This document shows, in pieces, positions 38,587 through 48,526 of a DNA stretch of 64,000 nt. Both the position numbers and the translations under genes were made by a program. Source of the stretch: a virus. The notes under the pieces are model-generated. The model was not told where the DNA came from. It made no database searches and saw only the letters and a list, made by a program, of their open reading frames with translations. The DNA is taken from positions 36,985 through 100,984 of IMG/VR virus record IMGVR_UViG_3300037808_000992, one strand, 5' to 3'. Every line of letters starts with the position of its first letter. The stretch's first letter is position 1.

Positions 38587-40277
38587 GGAACATTATAAAA
38601 AGCTTGTCAGAGATTGCAATAGGTTTTGACCTATCTCCACTCCAAGTACAGATAATTTTAGATAGTTGGGAAGGGATCCTGCCGAACGTTATTACGCTTC
38701 CGGTTGTTGAAACCACTTATAATCTGAAAAAATCACATGTTTGTAAGCTTCTTTCAAAGCTAGTGCAGTGCAGGATAATAAAAAAATATAGTCGTGGTAA
38801 GTACTTAGTGACGCTGCCTAAAAGAAGGTATAGCCAATTATTTACTCCTCAGGCTACTATACCCGAACCTGTAATAGAGAGTTTGGGGGTGAGGGTGGCA
38901 GAGATAGTTCCGGTTGAATCATTTTTTAAAGAGATTCAAACTAAACTAAACCAAGAAAAGTCACCTTTTTCAGATGGTAGACGAGAAGATCCCAAGGATC
39001 CCTGGGTAGTTTTTAACCCCCCTCAAAAAGAAGAAGTTTTAGCAGAATTGAATTGTGAAAAGTCTAACGAGGACGGGGACTTTCAGCATTTTATTTCCAA
39101 ACTGGAAATTTGGAATGAGCCTCATCCTGAGATTAGCCAGTTCATCAAAGAACACCGAGAAAGAGTACCAAAGACAATTCAACGATTTTCAGAATTGAAT
39201 TGTGAAAAGCCTAATAACAACGATGACTTACAAGAAAGTATTTCCACTCAGATCATTGAATCACACACTGATACACCAGCCGATGAGTCAAATCTAGAAT
39301 TGAATTGTGAAAAGTCTAGTGATAACGATAACTTACAAGAAAGTATTTCCAATGAAGACACTCCGAATGAGTCCTTCTTAAAATCCCATTATAATAATAC
39401 ATATAATAATAATACTCTTACTAGTAATCGATCTCAGAAAGAAGAATATAAGATTATTAAAGAGTATTACGAGGGTACTACCGAAGTGAAAAACTCTAAA
39501 TCTGACATTGAGATGTGTGAGTTAGAGATTCCAGATGCGGATTGGAAAGAGCCTCATTCTGATGAAGAGTTTGAAGTACCTAAGAGTGCTGTTCGTCCGA
39601 AAGAAGAATTCACTATTGAGCTTTATGGTTTTCAAGTGATGGTGACAGGGCAAGAGGCATTAGAGTTTGCTTTAGCTTACGAAGGAAAGCTCAAGGAGTA
39701 TCTGAATCAACCATTCCTGAAGATTATCTCTGGGGGCTATCTCTGTAAGTCAAAGCGTAGTTATAAGAATCATGTGAACGGCGCTGCTATCTGTAAATGG
39801 AACAAGTTTAACGTTCGTCGATTCATTGAGGCTCAGTTCTTTCTTCACAATGATTGGAAGGGGACTGCTCCCAGCATAAAGTACATTACTTCTGTCGGCG
39901 GTTCATGGGGTTCAGAATCCCGGTATAAGAATTACTGCACCCGCTTTAAAGATGATTTGGATTACTTTAGTGAGGGGGAGGATAACATTGAACGTACCGT
40001 GTTCATTGACCGCACTCCCGATCCCGAACAAGAGATGAGAGTTCGACATATCGCTGTGTCTCAGAATGAAGCTTGTCTAGAGCATTACGCCAATCAAGGT
40101 ATGAGCGAGTATGAGACTTTGAAGTTCCTTTGTGTACCGGGGGAGATGCACCTCCCTGGGTGGTTTGTAGAGGATAGACCCACATATCACCAGTTGTTGA
40201 AAGACCGGGCGTGGGGGGAGTTAGCTGACAGTAATGAGTTTTGTAAAAAGGTGATGGCGAAGATAGATCATGTTTAA
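38574..40277 (+). CDS. Replication initiator (Rep)-like protein with N-terminal wHTH
   Basis: HVCKLLSKLVQCRIIKKYSRGKYLV wHTH; internal DNA repeats and AT-rich Asn-coding tract; directly upstream of DnaB-like helicase; GGGAGG SD. Confidence 0.65.
   Translation: MNVRRNIIKSLSEIAIGFDLSPLQVQIILDSWEGILPNVITLPVVETTYNLKKSHVCKLLSKLVQCRIIKKYSRGKYLVTLPKRRYSQLFTPQATIPEPVIESLGVRVAEIVPVESFFKEIQTKLNQEKSPFSDGRREDPKDPWVVFNPPQKEEVLAELNCEKSNEDGDFQHFISKLEIWNEPHPEISQFIKEHRERVPKTIQRFSELNCEKPNNNDDLQESISTQIIESHTDTPADESNLELNCEKSSDNDNLQESISNEDTPNESFLKSHYNNTYNNNTLTSNRSQKEEYKIIKEYYEGTTEVKNSKSDIEMCELEIPDADWKEPHSDEEFEVPKSAVRPKEEFTIELYGFQVMVTGQEALEFALAYEGKLKEYLNQPFLKIISGGYLCKSKRSYKNHVNGAAICKWNKFNVRRFIEAQFFLHNDWKGTAPSIKYITSVGGSWGSESRYKNYCTRFKDDLDYFSEGEDNIERTVFIDRTPDPEQEMRVRHIAVSQNEACLEHYANQGMSEYETLKFLCVPGEMHLPGWFVEDRPTYHQLLKDRAWGELADSNEFCKKVMAKIDHV
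39044..39470 (+). repeat. Three ~57-bp iteron-like direct repeats plus AT-rich tract (putative origin)
   Basis: AGAATTGAATTGTGAAAAG(T/C)CTA...ATTTCCA at 39044, 39191, 39296; AT-rich ~39389-39470. Confidence 0.7.
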
Positions 40278-41580
40278 TAATACAGAATACAATTTAGATG
40301 ATGAGTTCGATGAGGGTTTTCAGGTAGGTATTTTATCCCTGATGTATAAAGATTCTCAGTTCCTGGGTTATGCCAGTGAAAATTTAAAACCTAACTTCTT
40401 TGCTAATAAAGACCTTGCTTGGTTCTTCAATGCCATGCGTTCGCATTATGCGAATTCCCGACAGGTTATCACGGAGCGTGCGTTACGAGACCGTCTTAAG
40501 GTTTCGGTAAAAGAGCATGAGGTAGATAGATCTCGGGTAAATATTTTTCAGCAATTGTTCAAATCTATTAACTCCGATGAGTTGTCCGATGCGGGGCATC
40601 TACAGGATCGGGTGGTGGAGTTTGTAAAGCGTAGCCTGATGAAGAAGGCGTTTTCAGAAGCGTATCTGGCGTATGAGAAGGGCGAGTACGAGGGCATCTC
40701 TTCGCTCTTTGACAAGGCGTACCAGAAGTCAGACCTCTTGGTAAACACAGGGCAGTCTTATCTGGACATGGAGTCTTTTGACGAACGGATGCACCGGAAA
40801 AGTTTAACCGTCAACACGATTCCTACGGGGGTTGGTGAGTTAGATAATTATCTGCGCGGCAGAGGTTTGGGTGAGAAAGAGCTTGGGGTGATTTTGGCCC
40901 CTACTAATCGTGGTAAATCCATGTTTCTTAAATCGATTGCTGAATACAACATGTTCAAGGGAAGGAAAGGACTCATTTTTACTTTGGAGATGAGCGAGGA
41001 TCGTTACTTTGATCGCTTTGATATGAGCGTTGCGAACATGACTTCTGATGGAGTTAATGAAAACAAGGATAAGGTTCGTAATACGATAGAATCATTGAAG
41101 AACGATCCTAAGATGGGACAGGTTCATATTAAAGAATACCCAACCAAAGGAGCGTCGGTAGATACTTTACGTGCTTACTGTGAACGCTTACGTCGTGGTG
41201 GATTCTTTCCCGATTTTATCGTGGTGGATTATGCAGACCTGTTGAATTCTAGTGTGAAGTACAGTGAGGAACGTCATGTCCAATCCCATATCTACAAACG
41301 ATTGAGAGGGTGGGCTGCTGAAGACAACCTCCCTATTTGGACAGCTACCCAGGCTAATAGAGGTTCTCTGAGTAAGAGCCAAGTAACCATTGCAGACATC
41401 TCTGAAGACTTTGGAAAGGCGATGATTGCTGATGTGATCGTTGCACTGTGCCAAACTAAACAGGAAAAGCAGAATGAGCAGATGCGCTTGTTGTTGACTA
41501 AAAACAGAGACAGTACGGCAGGCGTGGAAGCGTTGATAAATACCGACTTTGCCCATGGCAAATTTGTACTGGGGAGCTAA
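40270..41580 (+). CDS. dnaB: Replicative DNA helicase, DnaB-like (SF4)
   Basis: IPTGVGELD, APTNRGKS, FTLEMSE, IVVDYADLL, WTATQANR, KNRD. Confidence 0.9.
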   Translation: MFNNTEYNLDDEFDEGFQVGILSLMYKDSQFLGYASENLKPNFFANKDLAWFFNAMRSHYANSRQVITERALRDRLKVSVKEHEVDRSRVNIFQQLFKSINSDELSDAGHLQDRVVEFVKRSLMKKAFSEAYLAYEKGEYEGISSLFDKAYQKSDLLVNTGQSYLDMESFDERMHRKSLTVNTIPTGVGELDNYLRGRGLGEKELGVILAPTNRGKSMFLKSIAEYNMFKGRKGLIFTLEMSEDRYFDRFDMSVANMTSDGVNENKDKVRNTIESLKNDPKMGQVHIKEYPTKGASVDTLRAYCERLRRGGFFPDFIVVDYADLLNSSVKYSEERHVQSHIYKRLRGWAAEDNLPIWTATQANRGSLSKSQVTIADISEDFGKAMIADVIVALCQTKQEKQNEQMRLLLTKNRDSTAGVEALINTDFAHGKFVLGS

Positions 41581-41582
41581 AC

Positions 41583-42071
41583 ATGAAAATGATTTTTCCC
41601 TTTGAAGAAGATTGCTTACAAGAAGAGTTGTTACGCCTCTGTTCTATTTTTGTACCTGAGTGGGATGTAAGTCACATCGCTATTCGTCGTGGCAAGCATA
41701 AGTACTCCGTTGCAGCCCACGCCTATCTCGATAAAGACTTGATTGTGATGTACGACCCTTATCACCACAGGTACCCGGACGACTACAAAAGCACGATTTT
41801 GCATGAGGTTGGGCACATTATTTTAGGCCCTTCTCACGGAAAGATATTTTATGATTACTATTTATCTTTGCGGGCCAAACAAGAGGATGTTTTAGAAAAA
41901 GTAATCCCCTCTACTTTTGAGGAATTCTTATATTCAAAAGAAGTGAGGGAGTACAAATACAAATATGTTTGTAGTTCTTGCAGGTCTTTCTTTATGCGGA
42001 AGAACAATCTCCAGCATTACTACCCCACTTGTGATTCGTGTGACCAAAGCATGTTGTTGGTTAGTCTGTAA
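41583..42071 (+). CDS. SprT-like zinc metalloprotease with C-terminal Zn ribbon
   Basis: ILHEVGH...HGKIF; YKYVCSSC...CDSC. Confidence 0.75.
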   Translation: MKMIFPFEEDCLQEELLRLCSIFVPEWDVSHIAIRRGKHKYSVAAHAYLDKDLIVMYDPYHHRYPDDYKSTILHEVGHIILGPSHGKIFYDYYLSLRAKQEDVLEKVIPSTFEEFLYSKEVREYKYKYVCSSCRSFFMRKNNLQHYYPTCDSCDQSMLLVSL

Positions 42072-43069
42072 TGAGACGAGAGGAATTTTTAGACGGCTTT
42101 GATTTTAATGAGTACGTCCGTTCTCGCTTTGATACGGTATTAAATACTTCAGACGATGAACGGGTACGGGTTCAGTGCCCCTTTTGTAATGATCGAAGTT
42201 ACCACCTTTATATTTTAATTTCGGAGGGACTTCCCTACTGCCACAGGTGTAACTACAGTCCACGAAACCCCATTAAATTTATATCTGATTTAGAACGCAT
42301 CCCGGAGGGGGAGGTTGTTAAGTGGGCTGATGAGAATGCGACTCTTTTAGGAAACCCTGTTCAGGATATTTTAGAAGCGGTTCTTTCTGAGGAATCTTTT
42401 CCACAGGACCCGACCCCCTTTGAAGCTATGACACTGGGGATGGAGTTTGTTCCCGTGCTGGAATCCACAGGTATCTCTATCGTGGATAAGCAGCTTCACC
42501 AGGCTTACACCTACCTACAAGGTCGTTCTTTGAGTCGGGCACAGGTAGAGTCGTTTGATATACGTTACTGCTACGAGGGGTCCTTTTCTGGACGAATTGT
42601 AATTCCCTGTTATTTTAGAGGGGAGGTTGTGACTTTTGTAGCTCGGGATCTATCCGGGTTTGATAAACGAAAATACCTTAATCCAAAAGGGACTAAGCAG
42701 TCGGATTTCTTATTTAATTATGACAAAGTTGATTCAGATTGGGTGGTTGTAACGGAGGGAGTGTTTGATGCGATTAACGTCAGTTCCATTGCCCCTGTTG
42801 TTGCGTCGTTTGGAAAGAAATTATCCAAAACACAGATTTCCTTACTTAGTAAATTTAAGAAGGTTGTTTTTTATTGGGATAAAGACGCTTATCCAGCGGT
42901 TGATCAATACGCTAGAAAGGTAAGCGCTTCCTGTTATACGGTGTTGCATCCCGATAGTTGTGATGCAGGCGACCGGACCCCAGCGGATAATAGTTTATTG
43001 ATTAACCAAGCGGTCCCCACTAACAGTGTGAAGTACAGCTTATACAAAGTTGATCAACTCACTTGGTAA
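42071..43069 (+). CDS. DNA primase (Zn-binding + TOPRIM)
   Basis: CPFC...CHRC; GRIVIP; KYLNP; VTEGVFDAI; WDKDA. Confidence 0.9.
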   Translation: MRREEFLDGFDFNEYVRSRFDTVLNTSDDERVRVQCPFCNDRSYHLYILISEGLPYCHRCNYSPRNPIKFISDLERIPEGEVVKWADENATLLGNPVQDILEAVLSEESFPQDPTPFEAMTLGMEFVPVLESTGISIVDKQLHQAYTYLQGRSLSRAQVESFDIRYCYEGSFSGRIVIPCYFRGEVVTFVARDLSGFDKRKYLNPKGTKQSDFLFNYDKVDSDWVVVTEGVFDAINVSSIAPVVASFGKKLSKTQISLLSKFKKVVFYWDKDAYPAVDQYARKVSASCYTVLHPDSCDAGDRTPADNSLLINQAVPTNSVKYSLYKVDQLTW

Positions 43070-43077
43070 TTTTTAGG

Positions 43078-43130
43078 TTGACAGTAGGTAGTCCTCTGTG
43101 ATTACATGAGTATAGTAATCGTACTATAAT
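43078..43130 (+). promoter_or_regulatory. Promoter region with inverted-repeat operator upstream of RHH gene
   Basis: TTGACA 43078; TATAGTA-ATCG-TACTATA 43111-43128; TATAAT 43125-43130. Confidence 0.55.
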
Positions 43131-43135
43131 TATTC

Positions 43136-43327
43136 ATGGAGGATAGTATTTCAGTGATGGTTGAGAAAAATTATGCAGCAAGTAAAAAAGTGAAGTTGCA
43201 AGTGTATGTTTCGTCGGTAGACTTTAAACATTTAGAAGAGGATTGCGGCTCGTTGGGCATGAACCCTTCTGAGCTTATTAGAGATATCGTTCGCAAGTAC
43301 TACAATCAAAAACTTGGTCGGGGCTAA
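43136..43327 (+). CDS. Ribbon-helix-helix (CopG/Arc-like) DNA-binding protein
   Basis: KLQVYVS strand, FKHLEEDC helix, GMNPSELIRDIVRKYY. Confidence 0.75.
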   Translation: MEDSISVMVEKNYAASKKVKLQVYVSSVDFKHLEEDCGSLGMNPSELIRDIVRKYYNQKLGRG

Positions 43328-43951
43328 ATGAATCCCGAGTGTTTTGGACTAGAGTTCTACGGCGACGACAAGACAGTCTGTCCACACATGGATTGCGTGT
43401 TGCGACACGACTGCAAAGATACTTACGAGGTAAGTAAGGGCTTGCGGACGCTAAAGAAACAACGTCAAAAAACTAAAAAACGAAACAAAGATAAATACTC
43501 CAGAGAAGTACTGAGCTTAAAAAAAGAATTTTTTGAAGAAGAGAAGAAAGAAAAAAAGGTACAGAAACGTGGTTATAGAAAACCGGCAAAGCTTGAATAT
43601 GTTGATAAAGGTTATCCCAGAGATCGTTTTGTTAGTGCTTTGCGAGAGGTTGCTTTGGAGTTAGGCTACTCGACTAAAGCAACTAAATGTCTCCACACCT
43701 TCTACAATGAAGATGGGCATTATCTAGCGAAGGTAAGCACTCGTCAGCAAAAGAGTGTGGTTGTTTATATTTCAGACGACCTTGCGACAGTGCTGAGCGA
43801 GAGTGATATGGTGTGCCGATATCTGTATGAGAATGAAAGACTGAGTATGCCTGAGTTTATTATGTGGGCCGTAAAGATAACTAACTTAACTGAATTAGAT
43901 AAATTGGTTCGCGCCTTTAAGAAGACAGAGGAGGTTGGCAATGATCTGTAA
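43328..43951 (+). CDS. Hypothetical protein with Cys4 N-terminus and basic linker
   Basis: ECFG...CPHMDC...DC. Confidence 0.55.
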   Translation: MNPECFGLEFYGDDKTVCPHMDCVLRHDCKDTYEVSKGLRTLKKQRQKTKKRNKDKYSREVLSLKKEFFEEEKKEKKVQKRGYRKPAKLEYVDKGYPRDRFVSALREVALELGYSTKATKCLHTFYNEDGHYLAKVSTRQQKSVVVYISDDLATVLSESDMVCRYLYENERLSMPEFIMWAVKITNLTELDKLVRAFKKTEEVGNDL

Positions 43952-44195
43952 TAACTTTTGGTGCCCCCACTGCGAGGCGGTTAAAGAGTATTGGTATCAG
44001 TACTCTGAACGCGATTCTCTCGTGTGTGACGGGTGTAGCAAAGGTGACCTCGAAGTTAGGCTATCAGCTACCTCGTTCGCTATGGCACAGAATTCAGCAG
44101 AACTTACACAAACACTTAGAAAAAGAGCATTAGACGATGATAAAAAGCACTTCAGAGAGCGCGAAAAAGCAGCCCTCGAAAAAGCAGGACTCTAA
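43941..44195 (+). CDS. FmdB-family zinc-ribbon protein
   Basis: FWCPHC...CDGCSKGDLEVRLSATSF; GAGGAGG SD before ATG 43941. Confidence 0.65.
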   Translation: MICNNFWCPHCEAVKEYWYQYSERDSLVCDGCSKGDLEVRLSATSFAMAQNSAELTQTLRKRALDDDKKHFREREKAALEKAGL

Positions 44196-46071
44196 AGAAG
44201 ACATCGTTCAGTCTGTCTTGGAGTCAATTGATTTTTCTGAGTTGTCAGATGAGTCCGGGTATGTCTTTACCAAGATAGACAACCTCGTTGATTTAGAGGC
44301 GGTGTACGATCAATTTTTGAAAGACGATCCTTCCATCCTTTCTGTCGATACCGAAACTACCGGACTGAGATGGCACCATCATATTATAGGGGTCTCCTTC
44401 TCTTGGTCCGACGAACATAATTATTACATTCCAATGCGCCACCTCAGCGAGGAGACCCAGTTGAGGGTGGTGGATTGCAGAGATATTTTAAATAAGATGT
44501 TTTCCTGTTCAGATAAAAAATACGTTTTTCACAATTATAAATTTGATTACCACAAGCTCTTTAAAGAAGGCATCGAAGTACTAGGAGAGGTCCATGACAC
44601 GATGCTCATGCATTACGTTTTGGATGAAAACGGAAGTCACAAACTAAAAGATTTGGCAGCGAAGTTTGTCGATGCAAATGCTCATCACTATGAAACTATG
44701 ATTAGTCAGATTCGTAAGAAGTTGGCTCGCAGTTTAAAGATCAAAATTAAAGAATTTGGGTTCGAGCATATACCTATTAATCTGATGGTTCAGTATGCCT
44801 GTCGAGACACCTTGTACACGTTGAAGTTGTATGCGTATTTCCAACCCCAGATTGATGAAGGGGTTGAGAAGGTCTACAAGCGTGAGCTAGAACTCCTTCC
44901 TGCCTTGTGTGCTATGGAGCAGTACGGCGCTCATGTTGATCAACCGTTGCTATTAGATAGATCAGCTAAGTTAGGCGAAGATATTAATGCACTTTTTAAT
45001 GAGGTTGTAGAGCTTGCCGGTCAAGAGTTTGATTTAAATAGTCCGTCTCAACTAGGGAAGGTTCTACAAAGTAAAGGGATTCATACGCGTCAATACACAC
45101 CTACGGGTCGCATGGCTACGAATGCTAAGGCTCTAAAGGGAGTCGCTGTACGCTACCCATTTGTTAAAAAGCTCTTGGCGTACCGAGAGCAGTACAAGCT
45201 CAAACATACGTATACAGATCCTCTCTGTGGTTTTTGTGACGAGAACAGCTTTATTCACTGCAGTTATATGCAAGCAGTTGCGGTAACAGGTCGGTTGACG
45301 TGTAAGTCTCCAAGTCTCCAAGTGATACCCCGCACTGCCGGTATCCGAGACGCGTTCACTCCTCCTAGTGATGAGTATTTGATTGTGCCCATCGACCTTT
45401 CTCAAATTGAGTTACGCGTTTTGGCTCACTACTCCAAGGATCCTATTCTGCTCCACGCCTACCAAACAGAGGAAGACATCCATAGCAGGACAGCGGCAGA
45501 GGTTTTTGATGTAGAGATTTCTGAGGTTACGAAGGAGCAACGTAACACAGCAAAGCCAATTAACTTCGGGATTGTGTATGGGATGGGACCATCAAAATTG
45601 GCTGAGACCTTAGAAATCCCTCAGAATACAGCCACTCAATATATTGAGGCGTACATGGAACGCTATGCAGGGGTGGCTAGGTTCATCACTAAGTATAAGC
45701 GGCTGGCGAAGAAGCATGGCTTTGTAAAGAATTACTTTGGAAGAACGAGACGATTGGATTCATTGAAGACGGCTGACCTAGAAGACTGGGCGAGAGAGCG
45801 TGGGTATAGGCAAGCTGTTAACTTTGTAATCCAGTCTACTGCTGCGGATATGTTCAAGATTATTCTGGTTCGCTGCCATGAAATTCTAAAAGAAAAGCGT
45901 ACCAAGATGGTCATGAATATCCATGATGAGATCGTGTTCTATTGGCACCTAGAGGAACTCGATTTGATGCCGGAAATTATTCAGGCGTTTGAAGATTGGA
46001 ATTTTCGAATTCCGATCATTGCGGAGGTGTCTTATAGCGAGGAATCTTGGGGAGCAAAACAGGAGTGGTAG
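44137..46071 (+). CDS. polA: Family A DNA polymerase (3'-5' exo + pol, no 5' nuclease domain)
   Basis: DTETTGL, HNYKFD, YACRD; DLSQIELR, RNTAKPINFGIVYG, NIHDE. Confidence 0.95.
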   Translation: MIKSTSESAKKQPSKKQDSKEDIVQSVLESIDFSELSDESGYVFTKIDNLVDLEAVYDQFLKDDPSILSVDTETTGLRWHHHIIGVSFSWSDEHNYYIPMRHLSEETQLRVVDCRDILNKMFSCSDKKYVFHNYKFDYHKLFKEGIEVLGEVHDTMLMHYVLDENGSHKLKDLAAKFVDANAHHYETMISQIRKKLARSLKIKIKEFGFEHIPINLMVQYACRDTLYTLKLYAYFQPQIDEGVEKVYKRELELLPALCAMEQYGAHVDQPLLLDRSAKLGEDINALFNEVVELAGQEFDLNSPSQLGKVLQSKGIHTRQYTPTGRMATNAKALKGVAVRYPFVKKLLAYREQYKLKHTYTDPLCGFCDENSFIHCSYMQAVAVTGRLTCKSPSLQVIPRTAGIRDAFTPPSDEYLIVPIDLSQIELRVLAHYSKDPILLHAYQTEEDIHSRTAAEVFDVEISEVTKEQRNTAKPINFGIVYGMGPSKLAETLEIPQNTATQYIEAYMERYAGVARFITKYKRLAKKHGFVKNYFGRTRRLDSLKTADLEDWARERGYRQAVNFVIQSTAADMFKIILVRCHEILKEKRTKMVMNIHDEIVFYWHLEELDLMPEIIQAFEDWNFRIPIIAEVSYSEESWGAKQEW

Positions 46072-46072
46072 A

Positions 46073-46537
46073 ATGGAAGAACGTACTTTAAAAATATTGG
46101 ATAAACCATTTGACTTAACCGATCTTTACGGGAACCTTAATCCCCTTGAAGATGTCAAAATTGATCATTCGGACCTGCAGGGTGAGTTTCTCAGACAGTC
46201 TGAGTTGGTTGCCTCTTATGGGTTTTTATCTGCTGATGCTGAATCTGAGGAACGCCTCATTGAGTACCAGTTAGATCGATTGTATGCCGTGTTGGATCAA
46301 CAAAGGAGGGGAGAATTTCAGGCTTCTGGTGAGCGTATTACAGAAAAGAAAATTGAGAACTCTGTAATCACTGACCCACAGTACCAAGAAATAAAACTAA
46401 ATTTAATTGAAGCGAAAAGAAATAAACAACTTTTTAAAGCAACGTGCCAAGCATTGAATCATAAGCTTCAGGCATTGATTAATGCTGGCGCAGATAACAG
46501 AAAAACTTTTAACGAAGTAAGGACTTTGGAATCTTAA
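46073..46537 (+). CDS. UvsY-like recombination mediator
   Basis: Helical, ERITEKKIENSVITDPQY; adjacent to SSB and RecA; AGGAG SD before ATG 46073. Confidence 0.65.
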   Translation: MEERTLKILDKPFDLTDLYGNLNPLEDVKIDHSDLQGEFLRQSELVASYGFLSADAESEERLIEYQLDRLYAVLDQQRRGEFQASGERITEKKIENSVITDPQYQEIKLNLIEAKRNKQLFKATCQALNHKLQALINAGADNRKTFNEVRTLES

Positions 46538-46538
46538 A

Positions 46539-47492
46539 ATGAGTAACGACGAATTTGTAAAACTAGATCTTGATGGAATGTTTGATGATGAGCGCCGCTT
46601 TGGCCGGAAGAAGAAGGCTGACCGGATTAAAGTGCTCCCAGGAACATCTGTGGTGCTTCGCATTTTGCGTGGCAAGACCGACACTAAATTTTATTCTGTG
46701 CGCCGACAGCACTGGGGGATCCCTCAAGGTAGTTCGGGACCACCCCTTGCATGTGCGACTGCTCACGACGGGAGTGATTGTTACTTTTGTGACCTTGTGA
46801 GCGAGTATTACAACTCAGGAGACCCCCGAAAGAAAGCTCTGGCCAGTCGAATGAAGGCGTCTTCATCGGTCATGAGTAATGTTATTGATGTCCGTGATCC
46901 GGTGAATGACGACGGGAGTCCAAAGGTACAGCTTTGGCAGTACACCTGGGCCATTTTTCAAGACTTGATGCGCTACTTTAAAGACTCGGAGTATGGAGAT
47001 GTTACGAACCCATCGACAGGTCGTAATTTTAAGGTGTCTGCTGAAAAGGTTTCTGAGGGAACGAGTTCTTTCATCAAGTACAAGATAACCCCCGGAGCAA
47101 ACCCCAGTAAGTTAGAAAACATGGAAGCGTTGGATCATCTTATCGATCTAGAAGAGATATTCCCCCCTCGTTTTTTCACCTATGATGATCAGAAATCGAT
47201 TGCGGCGGGGGAGTTTGATCCCCGGAAAGGTAAGTTGCCTGCTCCTCCGAGTAAGCCTCAATTGACTGAAGGTTCTGATACTGCTGATGAATTCTTCCCG
47301 GAGGATGATTCTCCAAAACCCACAAAGAAAGTGGCCGAAGAAGAATTTGAAGAGACTTCCGGCGATGGCGATTGGGAAGATGAGTTTGAAGAAGGGGAGA
47401 CCGAGGAAACCTCTTCGGATGACCCTAAGCGCGATGACGTGAAGAAGAAGTTGGAAGACCTAAAGAAAGTTGTCGCGAACAATCGGCAATAA
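46539..47492 (+). CDS. Single-stranded DNA-binding protein (T4 gp32-like)
   Basis: LRIL...HW...C...CYFC Zn site, YGDVTNPSTGRNF, acidic C-terminal tail. Confidence 0.8.
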   Translation: MSNDEFVKLDLDGMFDDERRFGRKKKADRIKVLPGTSVVLRILRGKTDTKFYSVRRQHWGIPQGSSGPPLACATAHDGSDCYFCDLVSEYYNSGDPRKKALASRMKASSSVMSNVIDVRDPVNDDGSPKVQLWQYTWAIFQDLMRYFKDSEYGDVTNPSTGRNFKVSAEKVSEGTSSFIKYKITPGANPSKLENMEALDHLIDLEEIFPPRFFTYDDQKSIAAGEFDPRKGKLPAPPSKPQLTEGSDTADEFFPEDDSPKPTKKVAEEEFEETSGDGDWEDEFEEGETEETSSDDPKRDDVKKKLEDLKKVVANNRQ

Positions 47493-47507
47493 GGGGAGTG
47501 GTATAAA

Positions 47508-48524
47508 TTGGCTAAATCAAAAAAAGTAGACACTTCTGAAACGAAGGTGACTAGTTTGGCCTCGTTGATGGCTACCGTCTCTAAGAAACATGGGGACGGT
47601 AGCCTCATGATCATGGGAGAAGCACCCTCGTGTAAAAACGTGCCGGTTATTTCTTCAGGATCTCTGGCTATCGATCACATTCTGGGAGTAGGTGGTTACC
47701 CTCGCGGCAGAGTGATGGAAATATTTGGTCCAGAATCTGCGGGAAAAACGACTCTAACTCTTCATGCTATTGCGGAGTGCCAAAAAGCAGGAGGGACAGC
47801 CGCGTTTATTGATGCTGAGCACGCTTTAGATTTGAAGTACGCGAGTGCAGTAGGTATAGACACGGATAAGCTTTTGTTTTCACAACCTGATTATGGAGAG
47901 CAAGCGTTAGATATCATTGAGGATATTGTTCGTGCTAATCTTGTGGATTTGGTGGTCGTAGATTCTGTTGCGGCGTTGACTCCTAAGGCTGAGATTGATG
48001 GCAATATGGAGAAGAACCATATGGGTCTTCAGGCTCGGATGATGAGTCAGGCGTTGCGTAAGCTTACGGCTATTGTCCATAAGACTTCCACTTGCTTGAT
48101 GTTCTTGAATCAGACCCGTCAGAAAATAGGTGTGATGTATGGCAGTAATGAAACTACTCCCGGTGGGAACGCTTTAAAGTTTTATTGCTCTATTCGAGCG
48201 TCTATCCGTCGCGTGACCTCTATTAAGAGAGGGGAGGAAGTCATCGGCAACGTGGTTAAGATTAAGGTTGTGAAGAACAAGCTTGCTCCTCCCTTCAGAG
48301 AGTGTACGGCGTCTATCTTATTTGGGCAGGGACTTGATTCCGCAGGTGATTTATTTGATTTTGCAGTGGACTACGGACTCATTGATAAAGCAGGCGCGTG
48401 GTTTTCATACAACGGAACACAGATTGGTCACGGAAAAGTAAAAGCTGTTGAGTATCTTTTAGCAGAAGAAAACAAAGGTATCTTTGAGGAATTAGAAAAT
48501 AAAATTAGAGAAGGTTTAATGTAA
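47508..48524 (+). CDS. recA: RecA recombinase (bacterial type)
   Basis: GPESAGKTT, FIDAEHALD, VVDSVAAL, QARMMSQALRKL, GGNALKFY; TTG start. Confidence 0.97.
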   Translation: MAKSKKVDTSETKVTSLASLMATVSKKHGDGSLMIMGEAPSCKNVPVISSGSLAIDHILGVGGYPRGRVMEIFGPESAGKTTLTLHAIAECQKAGGTAAFIDAEHALDLKYASAVGIDTDKLLFSQPDYGEQALDIIEDIVRANLVDLVVVDSVAALTPKAEIDGNMEKNHMGLQARMMSQALRKLTAIVHKTSTCLMFLNQTRQKIGVMYGSNETTPGGNALKFYCSIRASIRRVTSIKRGEEVIGNVVKIKVVKNKLAPPFRECTASILFGQGLDSAGDLFDFAVDYGLIDKAGAWFSYNGTQIGHGKVKAVEYLLAEENKGIFEELENKIREGLM

Positions 48525-48526
48525 AA

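Noticed and set aside
39044-39352. Direct repeats as a CRISPR array
   Set aside because: Unequal long spacing, in frame within a CDS, degenerate 3' halves, no cas genes
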